Below the pieces are notes generated by a model. The model was not told where the DNA came from. It saw only the letters and a list, made by a program, of their open reading frames with translations, and made no database searches. This document shows, one piece after another, positions 27,550-41,076 of a DNA stretch of 64,000 nucleotides; positions within the stretch are counted from its first letter, which is position 1, and each line of letters starts with the position of its first letter. The position numbers and the translations under genes are program-made. This DNA comes from Ylistrum balloti. Its lineage: Eukaryota. Where the stretch lies: positions 682,001 to 746,000 of the forward strand of contig NW_026782148.1 in the NCBI RefSeq assembly GCF_031769215.1, read 5' to 3'.

Positions 27550-28859
27550 TTTCATCAATCTCTACCAGCTACTTCCGCATAAGTCCCACTATTTACTTAA
27601 CACGATAAGGAAATAACATTTGAATACTTCCTTGTTCAACTGGTTTTGAAACTCTTCTATTTTGAAAACCATATTAGGTAGTTTTGGCGGGTGACTTTAA
27701 ATACTTACTTGGCAATAATACATTACAGTTTCATATATTTTATCAACCGCATAATGCTTACAGGAACAATTGTCGACGAGAATACCAATATAAGTAAATT
27801 TTCAGACGCTCTCCTAAGTGGATATACTTAAGTATATTTTTACCTATACTATTCTTATATTTGGCAATGCATTAATTTTGTAATAAGCACAAAATAAGCG
27901 TTTCTGTTGGTCAAAGACGTTGTCGTCCGACATTCCCTATCGTAACAAATGATGTAACAAGATGTTATCTATGAGAGAAAACACATAGTCTAGTGACTCG
28001 AATCGTGAGGCTGGGATAAAAAACAAATATATTAGCTTTAAACAATTAAGCAAATGTTAAAACAAATGTTTGTTTTAAATAAAACGTACTTTGACCACAT
28101 AATGTGATAAAAAATTCTGTATTTTGTCTGACGATAGGGGCATTTTATTGCAAACAAAAGACAAACGGATTGGATAAATGTTACCACAATTTACTGACGC
28201 TCTTCCGTAACAGACAAATACACGAAAAAATAATTATCACGCAATAGCCTAAAATTAGTAGAAGCATTTCGAGTTTAACAGCCCTGTAAACCTTTTATGA
28301 AGTTATCCACTTCATTGCATGATCAATAAGTTAGCTTTTGGCTGTACGTGTTATGACAAGTCACTGGAACGGGAAACAATAACATCAATCTGATTTAGCC
28401 AGCTATAAACTTTACTTCGTACTGGTACACTAAACTTTTCATTCATTAGATAATGAGATGACAAACACAACACATCAGGAACAGAGGGCGTCGAGCCTCA
28501 CACCTCACATCTCTAACTGACGGGCCTGAAATTCTACGTTCTACTGAAATAACATTATTTCAAATATATATTTTTTTCTCTAGTAAATCGTGTCGTTTAA
28601 TAACTCTATTTCAAAAGCGATCTTATTCAGTTGCATTTATCTTTATCAGAAACTGAATTTCATAATTAAAACAACTCATTAAAGCCCCAATATACGTAAC
28701 ATTCACCAAAACTTTAGTGTAGAATCACACATAATTATTGAGATATTCTCTAAGATGTAGTTAAAATTAAGTTATTCAAACAATAGTTACCATTACTTTA
28801 TGCATAAAGTATTGATATATGAGCAGTTGAAACTCGCTATTTGTAAACACACCTCCATT

Positions 28860-29240
28860 TTAAACACGCCGCCATCGAACTTACGATTGTTGCCGAACCA
28901 CGTCGGAAAGTTCATGACCTGATCTCGCGAGAGTTGAGGTTTCTACTTATAGAGGAAGCACATGCAGATATGTCTTTGGTAAGTTTTTGTTTACAAACAT
29001 TGTTTGCGAAGTCTTGTCGTAAACTTCAGGTATTCCTGTGATAAACATTCAGTTTTGGGAAATTATAAGAAGGAATAATTAGTTTAGAAACGATACGATG
29101 CACAATTATAACGTAAGAATTCAGAACTGGCCTGATGTATGATTGGAAAAAAGGAAGCGAATGGTGAACGTCTATACTGTGTCTGCCATGTTTACACACA
29201 CGGAATATGCGCATGCGCAATGTCATCGCTACGAGCGGTA
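28860..29240. promoter_or_regulatory. Probable promoter region upstream of BCL10-like gene (NRF1 palindrome, YY1-like motif, candidate non-coding first exon)
   Basis: TGCGCATGCGCA at 29208-29219 (NRF1 consensus), a minus-strand gtaagt donor at ~28884 followed by gatggcggc, and local CpG enrichment. Confidence 0.45.
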
Positions 29241-30362
29241 ATGTATGAATTATTGTGGGTCCCACATTGTTTATTTTCCGATTTTTTCAATTTTTATTTA
29301 AATTGAAAACAGTCAGTTTTATTTTCTATAACTAAAGGAAAGTATTTGTTTTGTTACATATTTTACGTGGAAAATAAGATAAAGTTTGTTTTTTATAGTG
29401 ATTTGTACGTATATTGGGGCTTTAATAAGATGTTGTGAAAGTCAACAATTCCATTATCATTTGAAGTGTTTTTATCTCTCATCGCAAGTAAACATTTATC
29501 AAGTGACGCCATGTTTCCATTACCATGAATTAAAGCCAGGAAGTTTGTCATGCGTTGATGATCAAACAGGTACCCTAACCAGGTAGAATAGATCAATTTA
29601 CACACGTATCTTACGTCTATTTTTTATTCTGTGTATTATTCACGGGTAACTTCCCTTACCGATTCAAAGCGAAGTCTCGGTTGATGAGACAGCATTTTAT
29701 GAACCATGTGACCTTTTGGAATCGGAAGTTTCTGTTACGTTCACACATAGCTTTGTGATTCTAAAAGTGACGTTAAAAGATCAAGTGAATATACATGATA
29801 TTAGACAAAATTTTTTACACACCAAACATTACACTCTACACATAAACAAAAAGTTTCAATATGAACACACGGTGTTTCGATTTCAAACCCTTTGTAGGTC
29901 AATCTTTGCTAATCCTCTATTACATTTGCCCCAGAATGTTTCTTTTCAGGGAAAATATTTGTAAGGATGGATATTTAAAGACTACACAGAGAAACCATTT
30001 ATAGACTTTGTCACAGGTGTGGGAATATCGACCAGTATTACGGTAATGTGAAAGACATGTTCATGCATTCATTTATCGATACATTGCTTAAGGATCGATA
30101 AAGGTATGTGTTGAAATACAGTAGTCACCTCATGTGATACATTTTTTACCTAAAATCATTAATTCATTTTACGGTCTATTTCACTAATTAAATGAATAAG
30201 AATGAGAAAGGCCCCATTTAGATGTAAGTTGATCTATTAGATGTGTTTATATCTATTTTAGTGGAGGGTGCACGTTGTATTATTGATTACTTTACAGGCA
30301 TGGCGAATAGTTTTTGAAAGAAAAGGAACACGCAAACGACTTCTCAGCAAGAACCATTAAAG

Positions 30363-30736
30363 CTTTCCACAACTTTTATTTTAAACAATATCCAAAGTGA
30401 TGTTAGCTTCCAGAACGTCTTTTTAAACACTATCCAAAGTAGTGTTAACTTCCACAACTTTCATTTTTAAACAATATCCAAAGTGATGTTAACTTCCAAA
30501 ACTTTTATTTTAAACAATACCCAAAGTTGTGTTAGCTTCCAGAACGTTTAGTTTAAACAATACCAAAATAGTGTTAACTTCCACAACTTTTTTTTCAACA
30601 ACATCCAAAACTTTTATTTTAAACGATATCCCAAGTTGTGTTAGCTTCCAGAACGCTTATTTTAAACAATTTCCAAAGTAATGCTACCTTCCAAAACCTT
30701 TATTTTAAACAATACCAAAGTTGTGTAAGCTTCCAA
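30363..30736. repeat. Degenerate minisatellite, ~41-44 bp unit, ~9 copies with alternating variants
   Basis: ttcca(c/a)aacttttattttaaacaatatccaaagt..tgtta(g/a)c alternates with ttccagaacg... variants. Confidence 0.85.
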
Positions 30737-31386
30737 AGAGAGAGAGAGTTTATTTCAAACCATATCATAAATCTTATGTTCCCGAATCTTCATCATCGAT
30801 ATATCTATACGTACAATCACGCATGTTGTCTGCATCAATTCCTCTAATCACATAACTAATTTTCAATTATATACACATAAATAATTCTGTTGTTTTATCA
30901 GGAAATCAGTTTTGTTGTGGAAGTACATTTCAAAGTGCTTAAGTGAGCAAAAAAAGTCATGACGTCATTAATAAATAGCAACATTACAATACGCAGGTCC
31001 TTGCTATATACATTCTGCAGGTTACCTTGTATTATGCGCCAACAACTCTGATGCCTTAATATAGATGTTTATAATAAATGGCAATTTAACTTGTACCTTG
31101 TACATATTAATAAAGTAAATGGGCCTAAAAGTCACAGAACACGATTAATTCAAATGTAGCCCCGCTCATTGTTGTTTATAGAACAATTCAAAAGGTCCAT
31201 GTATCACGTTAACATGTTCTAAAATCCGTAGTTTCTCCGCATCATTGTTGCTTAGAACAACAAAAGAACAAATACTGGCATGGCAACTCCAAATCGATAG
31301 AACTAGTGCAAAATATGAACATTTCAATGCAGTTCTAGCATTTTGTTTTTCATGAAGTCATTTTCTTAGTAAAGAAAGACAGAAAG

Positions 31387-34247
31387 TTAATCTTGAACAT
31401 ATATTTCTACCTCACACAAGCATAGAATATCCGACACCAGTTTGGATAGTTTTACATAGCGTCCATAGACAGGTGTCTGGCATGTGAACGTTTCAAACCT
31501 CGTGGTGCTAGTCTTGGTTCCGGTGCTATAACAAGTTGTGAAGGGGCCACTAGAGGCATGGGATACACCAATGCTAACATTAACCAGCGTTATACCTGAA
31601 AGATATTAAGAGGTAATGGACATGCTCATTAAAGAGTCAAAATGTTATGAAATGATCATCATCGAACTAAATTATGTCACATGGTAAAGCCGTAGTATGT
31701 AGGATGAAAAGTAAAACTTGGAACAGAAAGCTACCAGCAGAGCTTACCATCCACAAGTCTCACCGAACACGCTTACGTGAATGGCATATGATACATTGTA
31801 CAAAAAAACAAACATTTAAAACTGGATATAGTAGAAGTAAATCATCAAACAGCATCTTACAGCTGTCTCGTCCTCTAGGACTCGACAGCGATGCAGTTTT
31901 GAAGCCTAGGAGACGATTGAAGAAAATCAAGATTGCAAGATTTGTCAAATCCATATATGTGCTTTAACCTCATAATTCGATGAATTTCGTAATTTTCATT
32001 TATCTGATAATCGCAATACAACATCAAGTAAATGTGTATATTTTAAACATTGCTACTTTTCGATACGAAAAGAATAAAGGTGAACAAAACACCGGTCCGT
32101 CCCGGAGTTTCATGCGATGTTAGGAAAAAAAAGTTTGAAAATTAAGATGAGAAATCAATATCGGCCTGAATAAAATTTTAGATATAGGCAAGTATATGCA
32201 TCTAGAGTAGCGAACACGTTACATGTGCCATCCTTGAAACATGGTGGCGATAACTTGATATGTATTCTAACAAACATCCTACAACATCACAACTGAAACA
32301 AATATACCGCAATTGTTCTAATGTAAAAGTGAATCGCGGAATTAAGATTAATGTGACAAATTTTGTATTCTCATTCACTGTTGGAAAGAAGTTCAGAGTA
32401 CTACACGCATTTTATTACATATTAGATAGTACACTCAGCTTTATGATATCAAAACTTGTCCTCCGTGAATCTACAGCTACTTGTAAATTGTATGTTTGAT
32501 GGTCTTTTGACTAGGTTTGGTAGTATCATGAAAGTTAGGCTATGCATGCATCAGCAAAACGTTATAAAGTGTGAAAATATTTGTGTAAAAAAAAAGTGTG
32601 AATTGTGCAATATGTGTTTCATAATTGGTTTTAATGTATGTTATTTTTCGGTCCTTGAATCGGAAATAAATTTGTCCTAAATAAACATGACGAAATGACT
32701 TACCATCTGCGTCATCTTTTCTCTTCAACACGGCTACGTCTGTCACCAGAAAGGTATCCAAAAGGTCAACTCGCCACCATTGTGAGTTTGCTTTGTTTGT
32801 ACAAGAACACGAATCGTCAGGTTTCACAGCGACAGGATACCTGCTACCATCTACGGCCTTGGATGCACTGTAAATTCCGGAGAAAGGTGGAAAGGTAGAG
32901 GATTGAACCGCTGGTTTGCCTTCAGCCACATTACCATAAACACCTGGATAATATAAATAGACATGAGGACAAAGACAAAAATTGTTATGGATAGGCGAAC
33001 TAAAAACCTTAATATCAACCAAATGAAATTATACATTTCAAATGAGAAATATCATTTTCAATTTATGATGTTTGTCGCACAAAATTGGTGAATACTGATT
33101 AGTTTAAAAAGTGGTGCATTTATGGTTAAGGCCACTGATGCTTTAGCTTTGGGGCAAGTACTCCTCCCCATTTATATTTTGACATTTCTTTCGATCAATT
33201 TTGATTTTCCAAACTCTTCTAGATTTCATAATTTAGGCCCTTAGCATCGCTAGAAGGAGGAATAAGTTGTTTTTGGCTCTACTCCCTCCTATCATAAATG
33301 CACAATATGCCGTCTTCAGTTTTTGCATTTATCGAAACTTGACCAAATTCCACTTAGTTCGACGATCATCTTAACATATCATTAACATATTGCGTTTATT
33401 ACCATACAGTTTACAATTATGCACGTACATATGTAATAACACAAGTATTTATCTCGGTTTATAAAGACATTACGATCAATGACAACATTAACATTCATTT
33501 TGCGTATTGAAGCATTTTCCTAAATCAAGGGAGAAAAGCAACGAAAGACCTGACAGAATTGTTGCGTAGACATTACATGTATTGATCATATGTGTTAAAT
33601 GTGTAAGTAAAAAAGTAATAATCTGGAGGAAAATACTACCTTTCAGTTCATAGTATTGCATGTTTTCATCAAGTGAGGTTGGGGACAGATCGTCAGTTCT
33701 CGTGTTCCACCCTATACACTTTTTATCTTTGTAAAACACGGATACACAATCTGCCTGATAAAAACACTCTTGTGCACATGAAGATAGGCTTGGTACGGCG
33801 AGTTCCAACGTTATTCCACCACTTGGTAAAATATTATCAAATCTGTTATCGCCATGGAAATGGTTATGGCGAAATTCTGATAGGAAAAGAAGTACAAATA
33901 ACATGTTTATTCCGATTGTAATATGATATGGTCATTGTGATGTGATATGATGATTGTGATATGAAGATTTCATGGAGCAAAATACTTTTTTTGTATGACA
34001 AACAAATAAAACATGAATTAATTAATTACATCATATATACAAGTGATCTGATGCTTCTATCATGTACATTATTTACAATATTGAAATAAAAATTGAAGTC
34101 AATCAGCCGTTATCAGCATTCTTTCACACAATAGGAGGAAATATTTGTTCCATGATATGACAGAAGATAAAACAATTTTTGAATAAGTCAAAACAAATAC
34201 CTACCTGCCAGTACTGAAGTAACACAGAGCATCCTTAACATGTACAT
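31387..34247 (-). CDS. PAN/apple + F-type lectin (fucolectin-like) secreted protein, paralogue A, ~242 aa
   Basis: Exons 34205-34247 (MYMLRMLCVTSVLA; start Met tentative), 33640-33876 (PAN: SLSSCAQECFYQADCVSVFYKDKKCIGW), 32704-32943 (NVAEGKPAVQSS...ASKAVDG...SCSCT...WWRVDL...KRKDD) and 31387-31595 (FTCQTPVYGRYVKL...LCLCEVEIY..*). All junctions are phase 1 GT-AG and the 729 nt frame is open. Confidence 0.9.
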
Positions 34248-35877
34248 GGTTAATAGATGAGTGTTTGTATCATTCGATATACATATTATTGGTACCAGGA
34301 CCAAACAACTTTTCTCATAAAACATGCAATCAAGTATTCATCTATTCCATTAGCACAACAACCAACACGATTTGAATGACTGCAGTTATTCAACCAGGCT
34401 ACTTAGTAATCTATTATCGATTTGGGTGTGTGTATCTAAGGTGAATCACTCCCGAGAAAAAAATTGTTATCGTCGACGTTCGAATGATGAATGAAGAATG
34501 AGTTCACAAGAGCATTGGGTACAATGATTTTGAGATAAAATGGAGAGAAGTTACGCACTGTGAAACAAGGTAGGAGTTACCTTTCACAAGGGCGAATTTC
34601 TATACTAATAAAAATTGATGATAAGGATTTACTGGGGAAGGGGGACTAAGAAAATTCTGCCTCCTTGGATTTCGTTTCTAACGAAATCAGGATGGCAAAT
34701 CAGGATGGAGGCCTTAGTGACCCCCAACCAAAGCCTCCTCCAGTAACCAATGATGATATAGTGATACTATATAGGTCGGGGGTTGCTTAGCGATCGTCCG
34801 CCATCTTGAAATCTTGAAATCGTGCATAGAGGTAAAATAAAATAAGAAAGTTTATCTGAATTTAAGTGGTATCTAGACCTTGATAGAACCAATTATGAAC
34901 AATGTAAGTAGAGAACAGATTTTATCAAGATATTGTTTTTTCTTGTTTTTCCATTTCAGGTCATGTTTTTATAATTTCATTAGGCGGTTTAATACTAGTA
35001 TTCTTTCACAATCTATATACATGAACTAGGTCGCAATCTGGTAACAGAACTTGATCATTATGTTTAATGTAATTTTAAAATTACCTGAATAAAAAGAATC
35101 ATACAACGTTTGGTTTTTTTTCCTACTAAATAAATGTTTTATTGCAAAAAAATGAAAAAATTAACACTCGTTTGGATCAAAATTTGGAATCAGGAGTTTA
35201 AACTTGTTTAAATAAAGTTCCACTTCTTAAGGTTTTAAAAAGTAGAAGTACTCCAACTCTATAGTAAGTAACTCTTACATCAGAAAACATGTAGAATATT
35301 AGTTTAAGATAATCACACTCACTGTTGATTGTTAATGTTTCATTCCAATGAGGGTTAGTACATATCTCTCTACGAAAACGTCAGTTAAAGAAGCATTTCA
35401 TTAAGTATCCAATGTTTCTTTTTAGTTAATTACGTAGAATCTCGGACAAATCCTAATATGTCATAGAAATAGCATGCTTACTTGGTACTACATTTTCACT
35501 GAAACAACATCTGTGGGAATTACGTATGTCGACACAAACATAAGGATTGAACACTGTTTTGTAGATATTGTTGCCGATATGGCAAAAACCCGTATTTTGC
35601 TGTCTAGTGTCTCTATTAGAAACGTTGAAGGCGGCTGCAGAGCAATTGAACTAAATTCCTTTACTATAGTTACGGTGTGAGGAACCATGAAAAATTATAG
35701 GACACAGTCGTTACCAAGGCTGTACACTTGCGTAGATTCACTTATTTAAAGGTAAACCTCGATGCCTAATTTTTCTTCGGGTTGATATATCTCTTTTCCC
35801 CCGGATAATATTTTCTTTTTCGTAGTAGAATATATTTTCTCACTTTCTGTACAATTTTTCATCGTGGTATTCACGTT

Positions 35878-37340
35878 ATGATTGGTGCGTTTTCAGTTGT
35901 CGTTCTACGATTGGTGCGTTTTCAGTTGTCCTACTACGACTGGTGTGTTTTCAGTTGTCCTACTACGATTGGTGCGTTTTCAGTTGTCGTTCTACGATTG
36001 GTGCGTTTTCAGTTGTCCTACTACGATTGGTGCGTTTTCAGTTGTCCTACTACGACTGGTGTGTTTTCGAACGTTGTACTACGATTGGTGCGTTTTCGAA
36101 CGTTGTTCTACGATTGGAGTGTGTGACGTCATCAGTTTTGTTTACTTACCATTTCCATATCTTTTTCTGCAAAAGATTCTGTGTATTACAGCATGGATCG
36201 AGTGGTTGAAAGTGAAAGTGGAGGAGAACAGCATGCTTCGATTACTTGAAGTAAAGTAGATAAGGAAGAGGATCAGAATCTTATTTTATCTTTAAATTTA
36301 TGAATAAGAGAATCTGAATTTTAGTGTACATTTTAACAAAATGAAAAATGATATCGTTGAATCTGTCTTCTTGGTCTTTGTCTTTGTTTTTGCATTTATT
36401 CTACTTCTTTGATGTCTAGAAGATTGAAAGACAACATGTATCTAACTGAAGGGAGATGTGAATTTCATAAAATCACACACCTGGTCCAACAGTTAAAATT
36501 GATTTTTTATCTTTTCATTTCTTGTCTCTTCTTTTTATTTTCAAAAGCATGTGCGCGAGAATTTGAGAAAGGTATAGACTTACCAGGAAACGCTTCCGTT
36601 ACTTCCTGACTTAGGAAGAAATGTAATAAATCCCTTTCACAACGTGGAGCACCTACCTGCTCAACCTCTATTAAAGTCTCCTAGAACTGTTCAGTACACT
36701 CGGAAACCAATCGTAATGCAAAAGTCGAAAACGCACCAATCGTAGTACAGCATTTGAAAACGCACCAGTCGTAGTACGACATTTGAAAACGCATCAGTCG
36801 TAGTACAACATTCGAAAACGCACCAATCGCACAAATTGGAGTGTGTAACGTCCAAACTTTTGTTATCTTATCATTATGGGAGTGTGATACGTTATCATTT
36901 TTGTTCACTTATCAACATAGAATTGTGTGACGTCATCATTTTTGTTTACTTACCAAATTTTGTAACTTTTCGGCAACGATTTCTGCGAATTACAGCATGG
37001 TTCGAATGATTGTAGTGAGGTAGATAAGGATGAGGATCTGGATCTCATTTTATCTTAAAAGTTATGAAAAAGAGAATCAGAAGTGTTTATTTTATCATTT
37101 TATCTTAAAGTTTATGAAGAAGAGAATCGGAAGTGTCCATTTTATCATTTTATCTTAAAGTTTATGAAGAAGAGAATAGGAAGTGTCCATTTTATCATTT
37201 TATCTTAAAGTTTATGAAGAAGAGAATCGGAAGTGTCCATTTTATCATTTTATCTTAAAGTTTATGAAGAAGAGAATCGCAAGTGTCCATTTTATCATTT
37301 TATCTTAAAGTTTATGAAGAAGAGAATCGGAAGTGTCCAT
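35878..37340. repeat. Composite repeat element: 29-bp array, core, inverted 29-bp array, second core copy, 50-bp array
   Basis: tacgattggtgcgttttcagttgtcctac x~8 (35878-36115); its reverse complement x~4-5 (36695-36832); a core gtgtgacgtcatc...ttacagcatgg...gtagataagga at ~36120 and again at ~36924; and ttttatcttaaagtttatgaagaagagaatcggaagtgtccattttatca x~6 with period 50 (37046-37340). Confidence 0.85.
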
Positions 37341-37619
37341 TTAAACAAAATTAAAAGAAATAATACTGTTAAATCTGTGGTCTTTTTCTTTGCCTTTATT
37401 TTGTCACGACTTTGTCATAATTTTGTCATATTTTGTCATGATCTGTGATATTTTGTCACCATACCAGTATTCCGTTGACAATTTATTCTCTAGCAACGAG
37501 CAAACAAATCTGTGAATACAAAACATTTGCAGCCCTGAGGATTTCCATGATGTTGTCGAATTCAGCTTGCACTATATTGGCAATCATTCGTTCTCCATTC
37601 AAAGTTTACAACCAAACTT

Positions 37620-38480
37620 ACCAGCATTTTAAAACTTTACAAAGAGACAGGATGGGATCCACTTAAAACTAGAAGAAACTATCATAAAATTATCCAGCTT
37701 CATAAAATGGTCCATAGCAAAACACCGCCATATTTACAAGATATACTTCCTCAGAGACACTCCAATATACACGGTCACAATACTAGAGAAGCCAATAACT
37801 TTCTTCCAATTCGCTGCAGAACAAATACATATAAAAAGTCCTTCTTATCTTCAACAATCCACATTTGGAATGATCTCCCCGCTGCTATTAAAAATAATCC
37901 CTCTCTTTCAAAATTAAAATTGTATTTAAGTGCCAATGCTACTTCAGTGCCAACATATTATTTTGCTGGAACTAGACTTGGACAAATATACCATGCTAGA
38001 TTGCGTATGGAATGTAGTTCCCTAAATGACCATTTATTTAAGAAAAAAATTGTTGAATCTCCGTTGTGTAATTGTAGGTTATCAAATGAAACTGTCGAAC
38101 ATTATCTTTTATAATGTACCAAATATAGAAACATTAGACAAGACTGTTTTGCTACTTTACCTTTACAGATAACCTTGGATACTTTAGTTTATGGAAACAC
38201 TAACTTACCGAGAAATACCAACGAAATAGTATTTCAAAGTGTTCAAAATTACATTTTACGCACTAAAAGATTTGAATGATTGTTACATTATTTTTGTATG
38301 ATAATTAAATATTTATATACATATAGTATCAGTATCGGCGCTTACAGTGCTGTTAAGTAGAATCACATCAAGGAGACAGATTTATATAAGTGTTCATCAC
38401 TTGTTTCTGAATCCTTTTCTTTTGTATACCTAAGTACTCTGTAATATGTTATGTAATAAGAAAGAAATAAAGTTTAAACT
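37620..38480 (+). mobile_element. 5'-truncated CR1-type LINE (3' end of ORF2 plus 3' UTR)
   Basis: LYKETGWDPLKTRR...HKMVH...YKKSFLSSTIHIWNDLP...QIYHARLRMECSSLNDHLFKKKIVESPLCNC...ETVEHYLL*C; ends at aaataaagtttaaac near 38465. Confidence 0.88.
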
Positions 38481-38889
38481 AAAGTTTACTCGAGGTGAAA
38501 ACTGAGAAAAAGAAAATTGGGTATTGCCGATTATGATTATTAAAAAAAAACAAACAAACAATCAAAAACAAAAACAAACAAACAAACAAAACAACGAAAA
38601 AAACGAAAAACAAAAAGTTATTATCAGAAAGCGATAAATTATATAGACAATACCAGGATTGTTATTTTGTGAAATATTTTCCAAAAATTTGTGTACAAAG
38701 AACTGATTTTAGATGTTTGTAGAAAATCATTTATAGATTTATAACCATTCGCGAGTTGTAGGGAAAACATGTTGTCGAAAAAGCAGATTTTCTGAGGAAG
38801 ACTCAAAACACACGCTGGGTTTCACGACCCCAAAACATTCAACGAGGGTATCAATAGTTAAAAGTCTATCACAGATCACCGATTGGTGG

Positions 38890-39290
38890 CAGAATCAAGA
38901 TCATTACAGCGTTTGAAGACTGGTTCGACACAGGCAGTGGATTACATGTGGGATCCCGATTGAGAACATGTCTCCAACATCATAGACTATAACGATGACA
39001 CCTCTTCCTTATTAGTGGTGGTGCATCACTTTTCAGGCAATACTTCGGTGCTACACCTGAAGAACAAGAAGGCCAGCATGGTGTTGGAAGCTCTTGAAAA
39101 GATATTTGCCGAGAGGAAACCAAGCATCGTCTATAAGATAAATGATCCGAGTTAAAAGGTACATAGATATTGCTGCAAAATACATCATCCCAATGAAACG
39201 ATATATAGATACTGCTACAAAGGCGTACGAAACCAAATTGATTTGTGACAAAATATCCACTGCCGCGCTTTGCAGAAAGGGCTGCTGACC
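38890..39290 (+). mobile_element. Decayed Maverick/Polinton-type retroviral-like integrase fragment
   Basis: One frame with stops reads VDYMWDPD*EHVSNIIDYNDDTSSLLVVVHHFSGNTSVLHLKNKKASMVLEALEKIFAERKP, matching the Polinton integrase pattern WQADLxDMxxxxxYNDGxxYLLxVIDxFSRYxxxxPLKNKxxxxVxxAFxKIFxxRKP. The catalytic Asp residues are degraded. Confidence 0.72.
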
Positions 39291-40185
39291 TTATTTTTTT
39301 GTTTACTTATTGTTTATTCCTCATTGATTTGAAAGATGTTTGCTCACTCATCATTAACAAAAGCAATTTTGAAATCAATAAACTGATAAATAATGCTAGT
39401 TATACAAGAAAACTTCAGCATCTGTCATTTTGTCGACGGAAATGGAAATTGGATAAAAGCCTGCCTTTGCCATGTTCTCAAAATTGGTATCAGAGACACC
39501 ACACGGTCACCGAAGATTGCCATGACGACTAAGCAGCCTTTCTAGTATTCTGTAATTAAATTTGCATCATTTAAAAGCTTTCCGCAAATAATATTCAGTA
39601 TGGAATGAATTATTTGGATACAAGCCCTAGAGCATTTTGAATGCCACCCTATCGCGTTCGCGGTCTATTTCTATCCTTACTTCTAAAATAACACCGTGCA
39701 TGCATGATTTATTGCCATGCCAACATCAGTAACATCTTCAAAGTAATATTACAATTTGCTTTATATAAAATTGACAGTTTGAAGAAAATAATTTGTCGCT
39801 TTGTCGAGCAACAATGACTTTGCCAGAAGTGTTTGAAATAGCAGTAATACTGTGGTCTGTGCAAGTATCAAACATTTTAAAAACCTTGTGTATCTGGGAA
39901 GCAACAGAAGTAGAGTAACTGTGACTATTGGCACTTACCTAATAGAAGTTTAGTGTGTGATAAGGAGGGAATGAACGTAGAGACATATGGTTATATAAGT
40001 TTTTGAATTATGTTTTTTTAAATGAATTTCCTTCAATCGTTTATATCACTAAGTATATATGAAAAGGTCACAGGGTAAATCTATCTATTGTTATTTGGGC
40101 GTCAAACTTGTATTTCAAGATGGTTGACTCCTCAGACTGACTGTATTCGAGGCCAGGACATTCTCGTTTAGCTGGAGGAAACTTG

Positions 40186-40697
40186 TGAGTGGGGGACTAA
40201 TGGTACACGAGATTGGCAGTAACCTTGTGTCTAGGGGACTAATGGTGCACGAGACTGGCAGTGACTTTGTGTCCAGAGGACTAATAATGTACGAGATTGG
40301 AAGTAATGTTGTGATTGGAGGACTAATAGTGCACAAGACTGGCAGTGACTTTGTGTCCAGAGGACTAATAATGTACGAGATTGGAAGTAACCTTGTATCT
40401 GGAGGACCAATAGGGCACGAGATTGGCAGTGACTTTGTGTCCAGAGGACTAATAATGTACGAGATTGGAAGTAACCCTGTGTCTAGGGGACTAATAGTGC
40501 ACGAGATTGGCAGTGACCTTGTGTCCAGAGGACTAATAATGTACGAGACTGGAAATAACCTTGTGTCTGGAGGACTAATAGGGCACGAGACTGGCAGTAA
40601 TGTTGTGATTGGAGGACTAATAGTGCACAAGATTGGCAGTAACCTTGTGTCTAGGGGACTAATAGTGCACGAGATTGGCAGTGACCTTGTGTCTTGA
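40186..40697. repeat. 42-bp minisatellite, ~12 copies, open in one frame on each strand
   Basis: Unit gagattggcagtaaccttgtgtctaggggactaatagtgcac (EIGSNLVSRGLIVH on plus; PISCTISPLDTRLL on minus); explains ORFs 40185..40697 and 40115..40846. Confidence 0.92.
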
Positions 40698-41076
40698 TGA
40701 ATAACAATGTAGGTACAAATAGCTCCGAGATTGACCGAAACCGTTTGACTGTAGGAATAATAATCCTTATGTTGATATTTTGCAGTACCTCTTTGCTCAA
40801 CTCTCCTTTTATCCATTTTGCTCAGATTCTTTTTACATTTTTTCATATTTCTAGTGATATTAAGTATTTAACACACGTTCATGCCTACCTTGACATATAA
40901 TGCGGCTACATTGTGCTATTTGACCAAAGTTATCTCTGGCGTTAAATAATTTCATAATATACAACATCCTGTTTTGGAAATTTTACGCTTTTTATTACAT
41001 AAAACAAAATGACGTTAAAATAATTTGCATGGAATATGTGATACACACGTGAATCTGATTATGAAGTTCTATATTA

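Noticed and set aside
28480-28550. tRNA gene on the minus strand
   Set aside because: Only vague A/B-box resemblance and no cloverleaf; at most a decayed SINE head.
31674-31967. 97-aa ORF
   Set aside because: Antisense within intron 3 of lectin paralogue A, with no recognisable motif or splice context.
35474-35688. Overlapping ORFs as first exon of lectin paralogue A
   Set aside because: No signal peptide in the required phase; exon 34205-34247 is homologous to the paralogue B first exon.
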